From NCBI GenBank assembly GCA_019635975.1, contig JAHBYM010000004.1, forward strand, positions 2,030 through 66,029: a stretch of DNA of 64,000 nt, in the 5' to 3' direction. Below are positions 30,699 through 40,223 of this stretch, in pieces (within the stretch, counting starts at the first letter, position 1; every line of letters starts with the position of its first letter). Under the pieces are notes generated by a model that was not told where the DNA came from, did no database searches, and saw only the letters and a list, made by a program, of their open reading frames with translations. Both the position numbers and the translations under genes were made by a program. Origin of the DNA: Parvibaculum sp. (lineage in GTDB: Bacteria; Pseudomonadota; Alphaproteobacteria; Parvibaculales; Parvibaculaceae).

Positions 30699-31039
30699 GA
30701 ACTTGTCCGGGTCGAGCGTAACCTCGCCAATTCCTAGTAGATCGGATACGGTCCAAAAGACCCGGAAAGACGGTCAGCGCGAGCTAGTGGACGTATGGCT
30801 TTCCCTCTCCGAACGAAGCCTGCGCTCATGAGAACGTGGAACTGTTGGACGTCCTGCACCTGCGGCAGCAAAGCCTCGGCCAAAACCGCTTCGTCTCAGT
30901 TGTTCAACGCCTACTTATCTGCACCTGCCGTGGTGACGATTCGCTTGAAGGCGCGCGATACCGGGCGGATCGTGATGCGCCTCGGGCGAAATGGCCGGCC
31001 GTTGATGCTGCGAGGCAAGCTGAGGACAGTTGGCAGGCA

Positions 31040-31375
31040 TCATTCACACCAGACGATCTTCCCTCCTTTGACCCAGAAGTGGGACTTACACCCTTCGCGC
31101 AGCCACACGGACGGATGCAGCGATACATGACCTTTCGGATCGACCGAGATATCCCATCGCGGCTTTACTCCTTTCAGCAACATCATTTCGAGGCGCTGGC
31201 CGCAGCCGCAGGGACAGCGCAAGCCTACGGACCAATCCTCGCAGTCATCGCGCGCCATGACGAGACTCCAGAAGGGCAGTCGCTTGGGCAGCATGTCGCC
31301 TTCGACAACAATCAGTGATCGGCGCGGCGTGAGCCGCACGATCAATCGACGCCACCAGAGAGGCTTGCGGCTCAT
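31040..31375 (-). CDS. DUF6527 family protein
   Basis: CPCGCG, PRW, SLHPSVW..GCKSHFWVKGGKIVWC; overlaps the E1 gene stop. Confidence 0.85.
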   Translation of the reverse strand: MSRKPLWWRRLIVRLTPRRSLIVVEGDMLPKRLPFWSLVMARDDCEDWSVGLRCPCGCGQRLEMMLLKGVKPRWDISVDPKGHVSLHPSVWLREGCKSHFWVKGGKIVWCE

Positions 31376-33939
31376 GCTACCCTCCTTTTCACGCCGAGAT
31401 CGGGCAAGCCGAGCAACGGCTCGGTCGGGCCGTAGGCTATCGGAAAGCGGTTGCCCGCCGCGAATTGGCGTTCGGCGAAGACATCTTCATCGGCCTCGGC
31501 AAGCATGAAGATGGCGCGGGCGCGCGCCTCGTTTGGGAACTGACGAAATGGAAACACGCGCGCCAAGAACTCAATAACGCATGCGGACGCGGCACGCATA
31601 TTCAGGGTGATGACGCCGGGAGCTTCCTCGTGGACGCCCCGTAGATAGCCGTCGGCGACCTTCTGGGCGTGTGCTTGCGGCGCAACACGGGCCAGGTATT
31701 CGGCCTCCAACAGCGCGCCGTCATAGACGCCGCGATCCATCAGGCTCGATCCGCCGGGATAGACGTAGTCCACGCGACCGTAGACTTCCGAGATGCGCCG
31801 CCCGCCGTCCGCTGTCGGCTCGGTCGGGATCGCGACACCGACATCGAACAAGGGCATCGCAAAAAAGGAACTCAGACGGTCGGCGATATGGCGGCCCTCG
31901 CCCGTATCGACGCAAGAGAAGAGGACGTCGGACGCGCAGGCGGCGAGGACGGCTTCGCGGGTAGCGACGGATTGCGTCACGGGGACCACACCGCAATCCG
32001 GCCTGTAGCGACGGATGGCGCCGGCGAACATCTCTACCTTGTCGAGACCGATTTCGGCGACGGTCGAATTCAAGATGCGGTTGAGATTGCGTTCCTCCAG
32101 CTTGTCGAAATCGATCAGGATAATCTCGCCGATGCCCAGCCGCGTGAGCTGCTCGGCAACAATCGAGCCCGTACCCGAAACCCCGATGACGCAGACGCTC
32201 AGGCGAGAAAGCCAACCACGCATCGCACCGGTGAACGCCATCGGCGGACGTTGCGGGCCGTTCGGCGTCGCGCCTTCATTCCACCAGCAGCGCAGGTCCG
32301 GTCCGATTTCCATCACGAGGTCGACCGGCGTCGCCGTGTGGTCGTCGTGATAAAGGCGCGCGCGCAGCGCGCCATCCGGAATCATGATCGCCGATCCGGC
32401 GATCTGGTCGGTGCCGTGCCGTAAAGCGCACATCAGAACCTTGTCGCTCTCGTCATCGGCGTAGGAAAACTCGTAAAACCCGCCCGGATGCGAGTGGACG
32501 GCGATGATTACGTCGCCGCGCTGCGTTGCGCGATCGACGGCGGCCTCGACATACTCTCCGGGCCAGGTGAGGACGTTAGGCTTGCGAACGCATGCGTCAT
32601 GCGGCACGGGAATCACCTCCCGTCCAACAAGCTTCTCCAGATGATCGATCGTCATGCATGCCTGCTTGCGGGGATCTATGTCCTGTTCACGCAGCTCTTT
32701 CGGCGGTGCGGGAACGCCCCCGGGCAATTTGTGCAGCAGGCTTGTATTGAGAGTGCCAAAGAAGCGCTCGATGTACACCTTGAACTCCGGTGTCTTGACG
32801 GGCGCCCATTCGACATCAACGCCGCAGTCGCGCAGAGCGTCCTGCAGCGAGGCGCCGACGTTCTCCAATCCATTGTCCAGAATAAAAAGGACCGGACATC
32901 CAAACGCCGTGAATTGCTTGCGAAGGTCGGGAAATTTCTGCGCGATAATACCTTCCTTCGGCGTCAAAACCCCTTTGATGCAGTTCATGACGGCATAGAT
33001 GCTGGGCGGTTCGAAAGTGATGAATATCGCTAGAATCATTCTCGTGCATACATCGATGGCAGCCACAAGCGTCGGACGTCCGAGAACACTGCGGCCGTCA
33101 TTGGCCACGATGATGAAGGCATCGAGGGTCGTCGCGTCGATCATGACGATATCGAGCGGCCGCTTTGCATCTCGGGCGCTACTGGATCCTCGATACCGCC
33201 AGCGTGCCGCTTTCTCCCCGTACTTCTTCTTGAGAAGGTCGTAATTTTCGCACTGTCTGATCCAGGTACGGACGGTTTCGTGACTGGGACAATTGCGCCC
33301 GGAATACCGACCATATCTTCTTGCGCGCAAGTTGAGGATATCTATGAGGCGCTTCAATCGATCATAGGCCCCTGCAACTGTTCTCTCTCGCTTCTCGTAG
33401 AACCAGTAAACGCATTTGAAAAGCAGCGTCACTGTTTCCTGTGACATGCGGAGGGGCGCAGACCGACTTGATCTGTAACCCATAATGGAGATCGGCCGAA
33501 GGCCGTTTTCGATTCTGTTCCTTATGTCTCTTCGCAATGTTCCTGCGCTTGGCCGATAATTTGCGTCGTCAAGATCCTTCGGCAAGTCAAAGTTCCGAAT
33601 GAACGCATTCAGTGACTTGTCGGACAGGGCGACCGGTGATTTGTCGTATTCGATCAACAGCAGTTGACGGATCCTGGCCTGCGGATCGGGATCGATATTG
33701 GGATCTCGGGCTGTGGTTTTTCTGAATGTGTCTATCCTCACGCGCCTGCGGTCTTCCCGTCTCACAATCTTGAGTAGGCGATCGGCATAGCGCTTGAGGA
33801 GCTCGCTTTGCGTCATGAACAAGCTGTCATGCCCGAACTGCTTCAGCAGCAAGAGCTTGCCATCGGGCATGATGTTCTTGATCTCGTAGTCACCCTCGAC
33901 TACCGAGATGATGTCACCAACGTCCAGTCTCAGAAACAT
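31372..33939 (-). CDS. Chimeric ORF: TnsB/Mu-like DDE transposase fused in frame to JAB-ThiF(E1) protein
   Basis: IDATTLD / LDNGLEN / KVYIERFFGTLN DDE motifs, then (junction ~32630) VHSHPGG..FSYADD JAB and IGVSGTGS, DFD, NLNR, CVD ThiF motifs. Confidence 0.82.
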   Translation of the reverse strand: MFLRLDVGDIISVVEGDYEIKNIMPDGKLLLLKQFGHDSLFMTQSELLKRYADRLLKIVRREDRRRVRIDTFRKTTARDPNIDPDPQARIRQLLLIEYDKSPVALSDKSLNAFIRNFDLPKDLDDANYRPSAGTLRRDIRNRIENGLRPISIMGYRSSRSAPLRMSQETVTLLFKCVYWFYEKRERTVAGAYDRLKRLIDILNLRARRYGRYSGRNCPSHETVRTWIRQCENYDLLKKKYGEKAARWRYRGSSSARDAKRPLDIVMIDATTLDAFIIVANDGRSVLGRPTLVAAIDVCTRMILAIFITFEPPSIYAVMNCIKGVLTPKEGIIAQKFPDLRKQFTAFGCPVLFILDNGLENVGASLQDALRDCGVDVEWAPVKTPEFKVYIERFFGTLNTSLLHKLPGGVPAPPKELREQDIDPRKQACMTIDHLEKLVGREVIPVPHDACVRKPNVLTWPGEYVEAAVDRATQRGDVIIAVHSHPGGFYEFSYADDESDKVLMCALRHGTDQIAGSAIMIPDGALRARLYHDDHTATPVDLVMEIGPDLRCWWNEGATPNGPQRPPMAFTGAMRGWLSRLSVCVIGVSGTGSIVAEQLTRLGIGEIILIDFDKLEERNLNRILNSTVAEIGLDKVEMFAGAIRRYRPDCGVVPVTQSVATREAVLAACASDVLFSCVDTGEGRHIADRLSSFFAMPLFDVGVAIPTEPTADGGRRISEVYGRVDYVYPGGSSLMDRGVYDGALLEAEYLARVAPQAHAQKVADGYLRGVHEEAPGVITLNMRAASACVIEFLARVFPFRQFPNEARARAIFMLAEADEDVFAERQFAAGNRFPIAYGPTEPLLGLPDLGVKRRVA

Positions 33940-33959
33940 CGGTATCGCTCCCTATGTAC

Positions 33960-34841
33960 TCAGTCGGTCGAAACAGGAAAGACAGGCGAGGCGCCGGTCA
34001 GGTTTGTATCGAGGTCGACGCCGAAATGCCTGCCGACGATCATGGCGCAGAGCTTCTTCTTGCCGACCACGCCTCCACCCAGAATCTCGACGGCTTGGGC
34101 AAAGGGTATGGTTCCAGTCGGATGTCGGAGGATTTGCTCGGTCAGCCAGAAGACTTCGCGCCGGAAGTAGCGTGTACGCGCGTGACGCTGGATTTCCTCA
34201 GCGTTCGAATGGCGCGGCTCCGCTCTCAGGTCTGAGAGGTCGAGGACGCGGAATTTGATATTGACGGAGCGATAGATCTGCTCTGCCAGTTCGAGTTTGA
34301 AAGCGAGATCGCCTGAGATTTCGCTCGCTTTGTCCCGTTTGATCTCGACGACCTCTTCGCGCAAATCAGCGTAGAACACTGAGAAATCCGGAAAATAGGT
34401 CAGCGTTTTCCCTTCCGAAAACATTTCCAGACGATGAGGCTGCGCAAGCCACGCGACCACGTTGTGATCAGCTTCGCATTGCTGCATGTAGAGACGCTCG
34501 GCCTGGGACTCATAGGGTTGTGCGTGACCAGTCTTTGTGCTGTGAAAGATGCCGGTCGGGCGGCACTTGGTGCCGGTGATGATGGTCCGAAGGGGACCGC
34601 CGGTCGTACTGAATACGATCCGCGCGACGTTGTTCATCCTCTTGCAGTCGGCCCTTACCTGAGCGAGTTCAGCAAGGCTGCGATAATCTTCCGGGAGCTG
34701 TTTCAAGTTCAATCTCTCGATATTCAAATTGGGCGTACAAAGCCTGTCGCAGCCGGAACACGGTCTGCGTGATGATGAATCGTCCGTCGTTGGATTGGAC
34801 GCCGGTCGGAAATGCCGCGGTCCCGCAAACTCGCAGATCAA
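33960..34841 (-). CDS. TnsA-like endonuclease (true start probably nearer 34637)
   Basis: G.FHSTK..YESQAER, AQPH, YFPDF, VEIK PD-(D/E)xK motifs; directly upstream of tnsB-like gene. Confidence 0.82.
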   Translation of the reverse strand: MICEFAGPRHFRPASNPTTDDSSSRRPCSGCDRLCTPNLNIERLNLKQLPEDYRSLAELAQVRADCKRMNNVARIVFSTTGGPLRTIITGTKCRPTGIFHSTKTGHAQPYESQAERLYMQQCEADHNVVAWLAQPHRLEMFSEGKTLTYFPDFSVFYADLREEVVEIKRDKASEISGDLAFKLELAEQIYRSVNIKFRVLDLSDLRAEPRHSNAEEIQRHARTRYFRREVFWLTEQILRHPTGTIPFAQAVEILGGGVVGKKKLCAMIVGRHFGVDLDTNLTGASPVFPVSTD

Positions 34842-35401
34842 GACTGAAAGGCTTGTCCGCCTTGCGCGACGTAATCGGGGATTAGGCGAATACCGCTCTC
34901 ATCGTCTGCTTCTCCTGGTTTCCTGGTCGAAGGCGGTCGGACGGTTGGCAGTTCCAAGTCTCAGCCGCGTCTTGAAGGCAGACCCGTATATGTTCTCTTT
35001 TATTTCGGAGTCGCATTCCGCTCCGCCAAATTCATTTAAAATTTAGGGTGATTAAAAGTAACTGTCGAGTCACTTTTGGCTGGGTGGCGGGAGCGTATAG
35101 CGCCCTAACCTTGCCGCCCGCTTGAGCAAGGCCCGAGGCGCCAAAATCAGCCGACGACACGGTCTTTTTGCATCGGCTCAAAGAGCTGCGGAGGAGTGCT
35201 ATTCAACCCGTCAGGCATATGCGCCTGCGATCATGTCTGAATTTGCCGTTCGCTCCGTTCTTGCGTGGTCAATCTTGGCTGGCCCGGCTACCTGGGCTTA
35301 ACGGAGAGCAAGCGCAGCTGTACCCCCATCAGAGAGTTCTCCACGACGCCATGCGCCGTGATGCGGCATGATGTGGTGCAATTCTGCAAGAGATACATCT
35401 T

Positions 35402-36533
35402 GGCGCAATTCTACTTAAGTGTGGATAACGCCTCATCGATGAGGGCCTCCGGCGAGAAGTCGGGCCTCCGGAGCGCCCGAAGCCAGCCGAGATAGAGCGG
35501 AAGATGCCGGGTCGAGACGCCGCGCACCTGCCGGTTGACGAAGGTCTTCGTGCGCTCGTGATGGGCATTCACATGACCGAGCCCGAGCCGTCCGGGGCGG
35601 CGAGGTTTTCCGCCAACGGCCTTCGTTGCCTGCGTCTTCTTCGGGGTCATGATGCGGCGATGTTCCGAGCCCGCTTTCACCGCTGCGCTGACATAGGCCT
35701 TGTGCCCGTCGGAGCAGAGAACGGAGCCCGGCGCGATACGCCCCTGAAGCGCGGGAGCGATGGCGGCGCGGTTTGGCAGCACTTCCTCGATGATGCCGCC
35801 GGCGTTGTCGAGCGCCGTGAGCACGGGGATTTGCTCGCTGGAGAGTCCCCTGTTGATGGCCGGGCCTCCGCGGTAGCGCGGCGGGCGGTTCTCCGGCGGA
35901 TTCCCGTTCTGCCAGCCCCGGTGTCCCTTGCAGGAACTCAAAAAGTAGGTTTCATCGGCCTCGATGACGCCTCCCACCCGTTCGGCCTGCCGCAGCGCCT
36001 GGGCGCGCAAGAGGCGATGACGCCAGCGCCAGGCGGTCAGCCGCGAGATGCCAAGCCCGCTCGTCTTCACGTCGTCGACCGACTTGAAGCCGGTGGCCAT
36101 CATGCGGGCGTAGGCAGCCCACTTCTCCGGCTTGCGCATACGGGTGAAGGCGGTGCCGGTGAGGGCGTTGAAGGTTTGGCCGCAGCCGGATGAGCCGCTC
36201 CGGCGGCAGCGAAATCGCTGCCTGCCTCCGCGATCGCGGCCGTGTTTCACGATGTCGTCATGACCGCAATGCGGACATCCGCGTCGGCTGCTCACGGCCG
36301 CCGAACGGCGCGCAAGCGCGACATCGGCCAGCCGCGATGCGGCGGCGGCCTGGACCACCTCCCCGAGCTCGACGCACTGCTCGGGCGTCAGTTCTCTCGC
36401 AACTCGCGCCTTCAGGCGTTCGAACCGGACGGCGTCCATGGGCCCCTCCGTAAGCGGAGAGACAACGCTATGGCCCAAACCTTTCTAAAACAATACATTC
36501 TGGCGCTCATCCACACTTAAGTAGAATTGCGCC
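35402..36533 (-). mobile_element. IS1595-family insertion sequence, copy 2 (inverted, same transposase as copy 1)
   Basis: Same IRs; 8-bp target duplication TACATCTT. Confidence 0.93.
35411..36478 (-). CDS. IS1595-family transposase
   Basis: Protein identical to 29440..30507. Confidence 0.92.
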   Translation of the reverse strand: MGHSVVSPLTEGPMDAVRFERLKARVARELTPEQCVELGEVVQAAAASRLADVALARRSAAVSSRRGCPHCGHDDIVKHGRDRGGRQRFRCRRSGSSGCGQTFNALTGTAFTRMRKPEKWAAYARMMATGFKSVDDVKTSGLGISRLTAWRWRHRLLRAQALRQAERVGGVIEADETYFLSSCKGHRGWQNGNPPENRPPRYRGGPAINRGLSSEQIPVLTALDNAGGIIEEVLPNRAAIAPALQGRIAPGSVLCSDGHKAYVSAAVKAGSEHRRIMTPKKTQATKAVGGKPRRPGRLGLGHVNAHHERTKTFVNRQVRGVSTRHLPLYLGWLRALRRPDFSPEALIDEALSTLK

Positions 36534-36852
36534 TACATCTTCGACTCCCGGGATAGACCGTCGATAGTGGCCATCACGCCATTGGTGTCGAAGCGGACAC
36601 CGGGATCGGTGAGCACGATCATGCCGCCCATCGACATGGCTTGTGCGTCGACGGTCACCCGGGACCCTGTCAACGATGGGCCGTCGATCTTCAAGTCCAT
36701 CATCGAGATATTTCTTGCCGATGCGGCATTGGGCAATGCGGCGATTGTCAGTGCGGTGACGATGGCGCAAACGAGCTTCTTCATGTTCGATTTCTCCCTG
36801 AACAAATTTCGGTGCTCCCGAACTAGGCGCAGGTAATTGGAAATCAAGCTGG

Positions 36853-37348
36853 GTGGCTCAGTTCAGGCTGGTGCGTCCGGATCTCGGTGGGCTCTATGAA
36901 GCGATAGAGGCCTATGTCCGCCGGCACGGACCGCGGCTGCTCAGCGGCACAGCCGATCCCGGCGCCCTCTTTGTGAAGACCGTGAAGGCTCGGCGAACGC
37001 AGCCTGTGACCAGACGACCTTTTATGAAGCGTGGCGGCTCACGATCCAGCAATACGGAATCTACAACTCCATACCGGGTCAGGCGCCATTGAAGGTCTGC
37101 TTCCGCATGGTCCGCACAATGTCCGGGACGTGCTCGTAACCCACATCCTGAAAAAGACCGGCTCCTATGCGCAGGCGAGCTACGCCATTCAGGACACGCC
37201 CGACATGGTCGTGAAGCACTACGGCCGGTTCCTGTTGCAGGACAAGGTCGCACTCGCTGCACAGGTGCTCAACAAGGTGTGGGAAGCATCACAAGCAAGG
37301 CATGGGCCGGAACACGCGCCTGTTCTCTTTGAAAGGCTAAGCTCTTGA
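36853..37348 (+). pseudogene. Tyrosine recombinase C-terminal remnant (frameshifted, N-terminus missing)
   Basis: HGPHNVRDVLVTH..QDTPDMVVKHYGRF (HxxR and catalytic Y) split over two frames. Confidence 0.65.
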
Positions 37349-37484
37349 TATTATTGAGTTTGCCCCGCAACCGCTCTAAATCAGGAATTTGTGGGGCAAA
37401 TCCTTTGTTTTCAACGGGTTGAGAGAAATTCACGCACGGACAAGGCTGGGCAGGGGTTCGATCTCGTCCCGTCCAGCGAGAACG

Positions 37485-38162
37485 TCATGGTGCGCCGGAT
37501 AGTTTCCTGATTTCGATATTTCGCGAGATCGAGGACACTGCGATTTCGAAATGATCCGTCCGCGCAATATCGACGATGTTGCGCGGGCGATGCGCGACGA
37601 CATTGACGCCCGTGCGGCGCCGCAGGCTGTCATAAAGAAGGCCCGCGCCGCCGGCCGCGCGAAGCGTCTCGCCGAATTTCTGCGCCGCGGCGTAGCTATT
37701 GCTCGCATAGAGCTCGGGGCGAGCGGATTGTTGTCCCCTGATATCGAGATACGCGCCTTGAAGCGTCGCCGTGTAGGCCCGGTAAACGCGGGTCATTCCC
37801 GACACGCCGCGGGCAACCGCTTCGCGGCGCAGATGATGCCCGACTTCCGCGGCCGCGGTGCGGATATCGCCGGCGGCATACCATGCGCCGAGATCCGGAC
37901 CGTTAAATCGCATTCCGCCGGGAGCGACATGAAGAAAGGCGGCCATGACGACACTCGCATTCGGCACGCCATATACCCATTCGTCCCTGGGCAAACGATC
38001 GATGCGTTCGGCGACAAGCCGGTCGTTGGTCCAGCCGGCAAGTTCCATCACGGCCTCGAGGTCGGCCGCGGTCGCGACCGTGTCGAACAGTCCGACAGGC
38101 GGAAATCTTGAGGGGATCAATCGATGTGACGGCTGCGGCGCGGCGGCATAGGCATCCGTCAC
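37485..38162 (-). CDS. RES-domain toxin (NAD+ phosphorylase family)
   Basis: HRLIPSRFPPV, RFNGPDLGAWYA..TAAAEV, YDSLRR; GTG start overlaps antitoxin stop. Confidence 0.88.
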   Translation of the reverse strand: MTDAYAAAPQPSHRLIPSRFPPVGLFDTVATAADLEAVMELAGWTNDRLVAERIDRLPRDEWVYGVPNASVVMAAFLHVAPGGMRFNGPDLGAWYAAGDIRTAAAEVGHHLRREAVARGVSGMTRVYRAYTATLQGAYLDIRGQQSARPELYASNSYAAAQKFGETLRAAGGAGLLYDSLRRRTGVNVVAHRPRNIVDIARTDHFEIAVSSISRNIEIRKLSGAP

Positions 38163-38683
38163 TGGAAGACTAGCTCTTCGTCGGAATAAGGCTCGAACGC
38201 TTCGTCGATGCTGCCCGGTGGCATGTAGAGCCCGCCGCGCGCGCCATCGAGAAAACGGCGCACGCTCAACAATCCGTCCTGGGATCCGCTTGTGAGGAGT
38301 GAGAGCGGCGGCCGGCCGCCGAACACGACGGCGCCGTGCGGCATGGTCAGCCATTCGACGCCGGAACGGGCATCGGGAAAAAGAACGCCAAGCGCCTGGT
38401 GGATGCCCAAAGCTGCGGAAATACGCAGGAGCACGTCCACATCGAGCGTGATGGCGTCGTGCTCCCGCACCCGCTTACACCAGTTGTGATAGGTGGATCG
38501 AGCCGGGCAGCCCAGGACCAGGAGACGCTGTTCTTCCGTCAGGCCCCAGAGGTCCGCTATCGTCAGAAAGGTCCGCAAGGCGGGGGCGCTGAGACGGCGG
38601 CGGTTGGCCGGCGCGAACCTGGAAACGTCGAACCGCTGAACACCATCCCCTTCACTGGTAGCCTGCTTCTTCCGGTGAGCCAT
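38159..38683 (-). CDS. Xre/MbcA/ParS-type antitoxin
   Basis: IADLWGL..LLVLG..STYHNW, RISAALGIHQAL, WL..P..FGGRPPL, VRRFLDGARGG. Confidence 0.88.
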   Translation of the reverse strand: MAHRKKQATSEGDGVQRFDVSRFAPANRRRLSAPALRTFLTIADLWGLTEEQRLLVLGCPARSTYHNWCKRVREHDAITLDVDVLLRISAALGIHQALGVLFPDARSGVEWLTMPHGAVVFGGRPPLSLLTSGSQDGLLSVRRFLDGARGGLYMPPGSIDEAFEPYSDEELVFQ

Positions 38684-38952
38684 CTTCGCCTCCAGTCCAA
38701 ACATGAATATAGTCCATATCTGGACAAACTGCAACGCCGGCGGACAGAACATTGAGATATTCCCCAAAGTGTCCTCACAAGCTCAAGGCGGGTCGCGTGT
38801 GGAGCAAGAATCCGGAACCGCCAAAGCAACGCTGCCTGATTACTCGATGAGTCTGGAAAGGTGCCAGGTCGTTTCCTATATGACAAAAGAAGCCATAATG
38901 GGAATAATTGACAAATATGGCTATTTTGGCTAGAATTTTTGCATTGATCTCA

Positions 38953-39315
38953 ATGGAGCGGAAGATGCCCGCCGATATCATCCCCAGTCTGAAAACATTG
39001 CCGCAGCGGAGCGCAACGCAGGTGAAGAACAAGTGGGCCGACGTGGTGCGCGATGTGCGCAAGCGCGGCAGCGTCGCTATCACGCAGCACAATCAGGTTG
39101 AAATGGTGGTGATGGACGCCGAGACCTACCGGAAGATCTCCGCCCTTGCCGGGGAGGCGCGCGCCCGCGGCGAAGCAGGGCTCGCCGAACTTTCGGCCGA
39201 CTTCGACCGGCGCCTCGCGTCGTTCAAGACCGATGGGATCCGCGATCGGGTCGAGAACGTGATGTCCGCGCGCGGCCGCATCAAGCGTCCTGCGAAGGCT
39301 GGCGCCACTTACTGA
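38953..39315 (+). CDS. Phd/YefM-like antitoxin
   Basis: SATQVKNKWADVV..VAITQHNQVEMVVMDAETY. Confidence 0.75.
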   Translation: MERKMPADIIPSLKTLPQRSATQVKNKWADVVRDVRKRGSVAITQHNQVEMVVMDAETYRKISALAGEARARGEAGLAELSADFDRRLASFKTDGIRDRVENVMSARGRIKRPAKAGATY

Positions 39316-39965
39316 TGCCCGCAAAGCCGGCTCGTCCCGTCATTTTCGTGCTGGCCGGCGTCAATGGTGCCGGCAAAAGCTCGGTGGGCGGCGCAATCCT
39401 CGAGGAGTGTGGCCTGGAATGGTTCAATCCCGATGCCTTCTCGAGAGAGCGGCTGGCGCAAGGCATCGGCAAGGATGAGGCGGACGCCGAAGCCTGGGCC
39501 TACGGCAAGTCGCGGCTCGAAGAGGCGATTGCCGGAGGCACCGATTTTGCCTTCGAGACCACGCTCGGCGGCAACACGATCACGGCGCTGCTGGCCAGGG
39601 CCGCGGCCACGCATGACGTCGTCATGATCTTCTGCGGCCTCGATTCAGTGGAGCGCCATATCGCGCGCGTTGCCCTCAGGGTGAGGTATGGTGGGCACGA
39701 CATCCCTGAACAGCGTATCCGGGAACGGTGGACGACCGCGCGGCGGAACCTGATATCCCTGCTACCGCATCTCAAGGCGCTGCAGGCTTTCGATAACAGC
39801 CACGAGGCGGCACCCGGCGAGACGATTCCGGAGCCTCTCCTGGTCCTGGAGATGGAGGATGGGCGCGCGCTTTATCCGGCGCAGGGTGATCTCGCGGCTC
39901 TCAAGGCGACACCAGACTGGGCGAAGCCGATCGTCGAAGCGATGCTGCGCGCCGAAAAGTCCTGA
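39315..39965 (+). CDS. Zeta-toxin-like P-loop kinase
   Basis: LAGVNGAGKSS, NPD, FETTLGG, RV..GGHDIPE, FDNS. Confidence 0.82.
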   Translation: MPAKPARPVIFVLAGVNGAGKSSVGGAILEECGLEWFNPDAFSRERLAQGIGKDEADAEAWAYGKSRLEEAIAGGTDFAFETTLGGNTITALLARAAATHDVVMIFCGLDSVERHIARVALRVRYGGHDIPEQRIRERWTTARRNLISLLPHLKALQAFDNSHEAAPGETIPEPLLVLEMEDGRALYPAQGDLAALKATPDWAKPIVEAMLRAEKS

Positions 39966-40102
39966 CGGTTCACCGTCGCCATCACCCGTGGGCGCGTGTT
40001 CGAGTGCCGGCAGGCACGTCCATCATCCTCTGTGGAATTTTTGTCACTTTCGACCGGTGCGCATATGCCACTAAAGGTCCGTCAGCGACATGATGCCTGT
40101 GG

Positions 40103-40147
40103 TGACCTGCCACTGAAGTGTCCCCCATCGGGGATTAGAGTCACGGC
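40103..40147 (+). mobile_element. Isolated IS3-family left-end remnant
   Basis: TGACCTGCCACTGAAGTGTCCCCCATCGGGGATTAGAGTCACGGC resembles the IS3 end at 23303. Confidence 0.5.
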
Positions 40148-40223
40148 ATGGCTATGCTCTCCCGGGAGTCAGGCGCAACGGGGAATATACCCGCAAGGCT
40201 GTCAAGATCCCCGCAGCTAAAAA

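Larger units (their letters stand above)
35288..36784 (-). pseudogene. Small secreted protein gene interrupted by IS1595 copy 2
   Basis: MKKLVCAIV... signal peptide; removing the IS and one TACATCTT restores ...LSRESKMYLLQNCTTSCRITAHGVVENSLMGVQLRLLSVKPR*. Confidence 0.8.

Noticed and set aside
29385-36533. Composite transposon that arrived as one unit
   Set aside because: Each IS has its own distinct target duplication, and copy 2 splits a resident gene.
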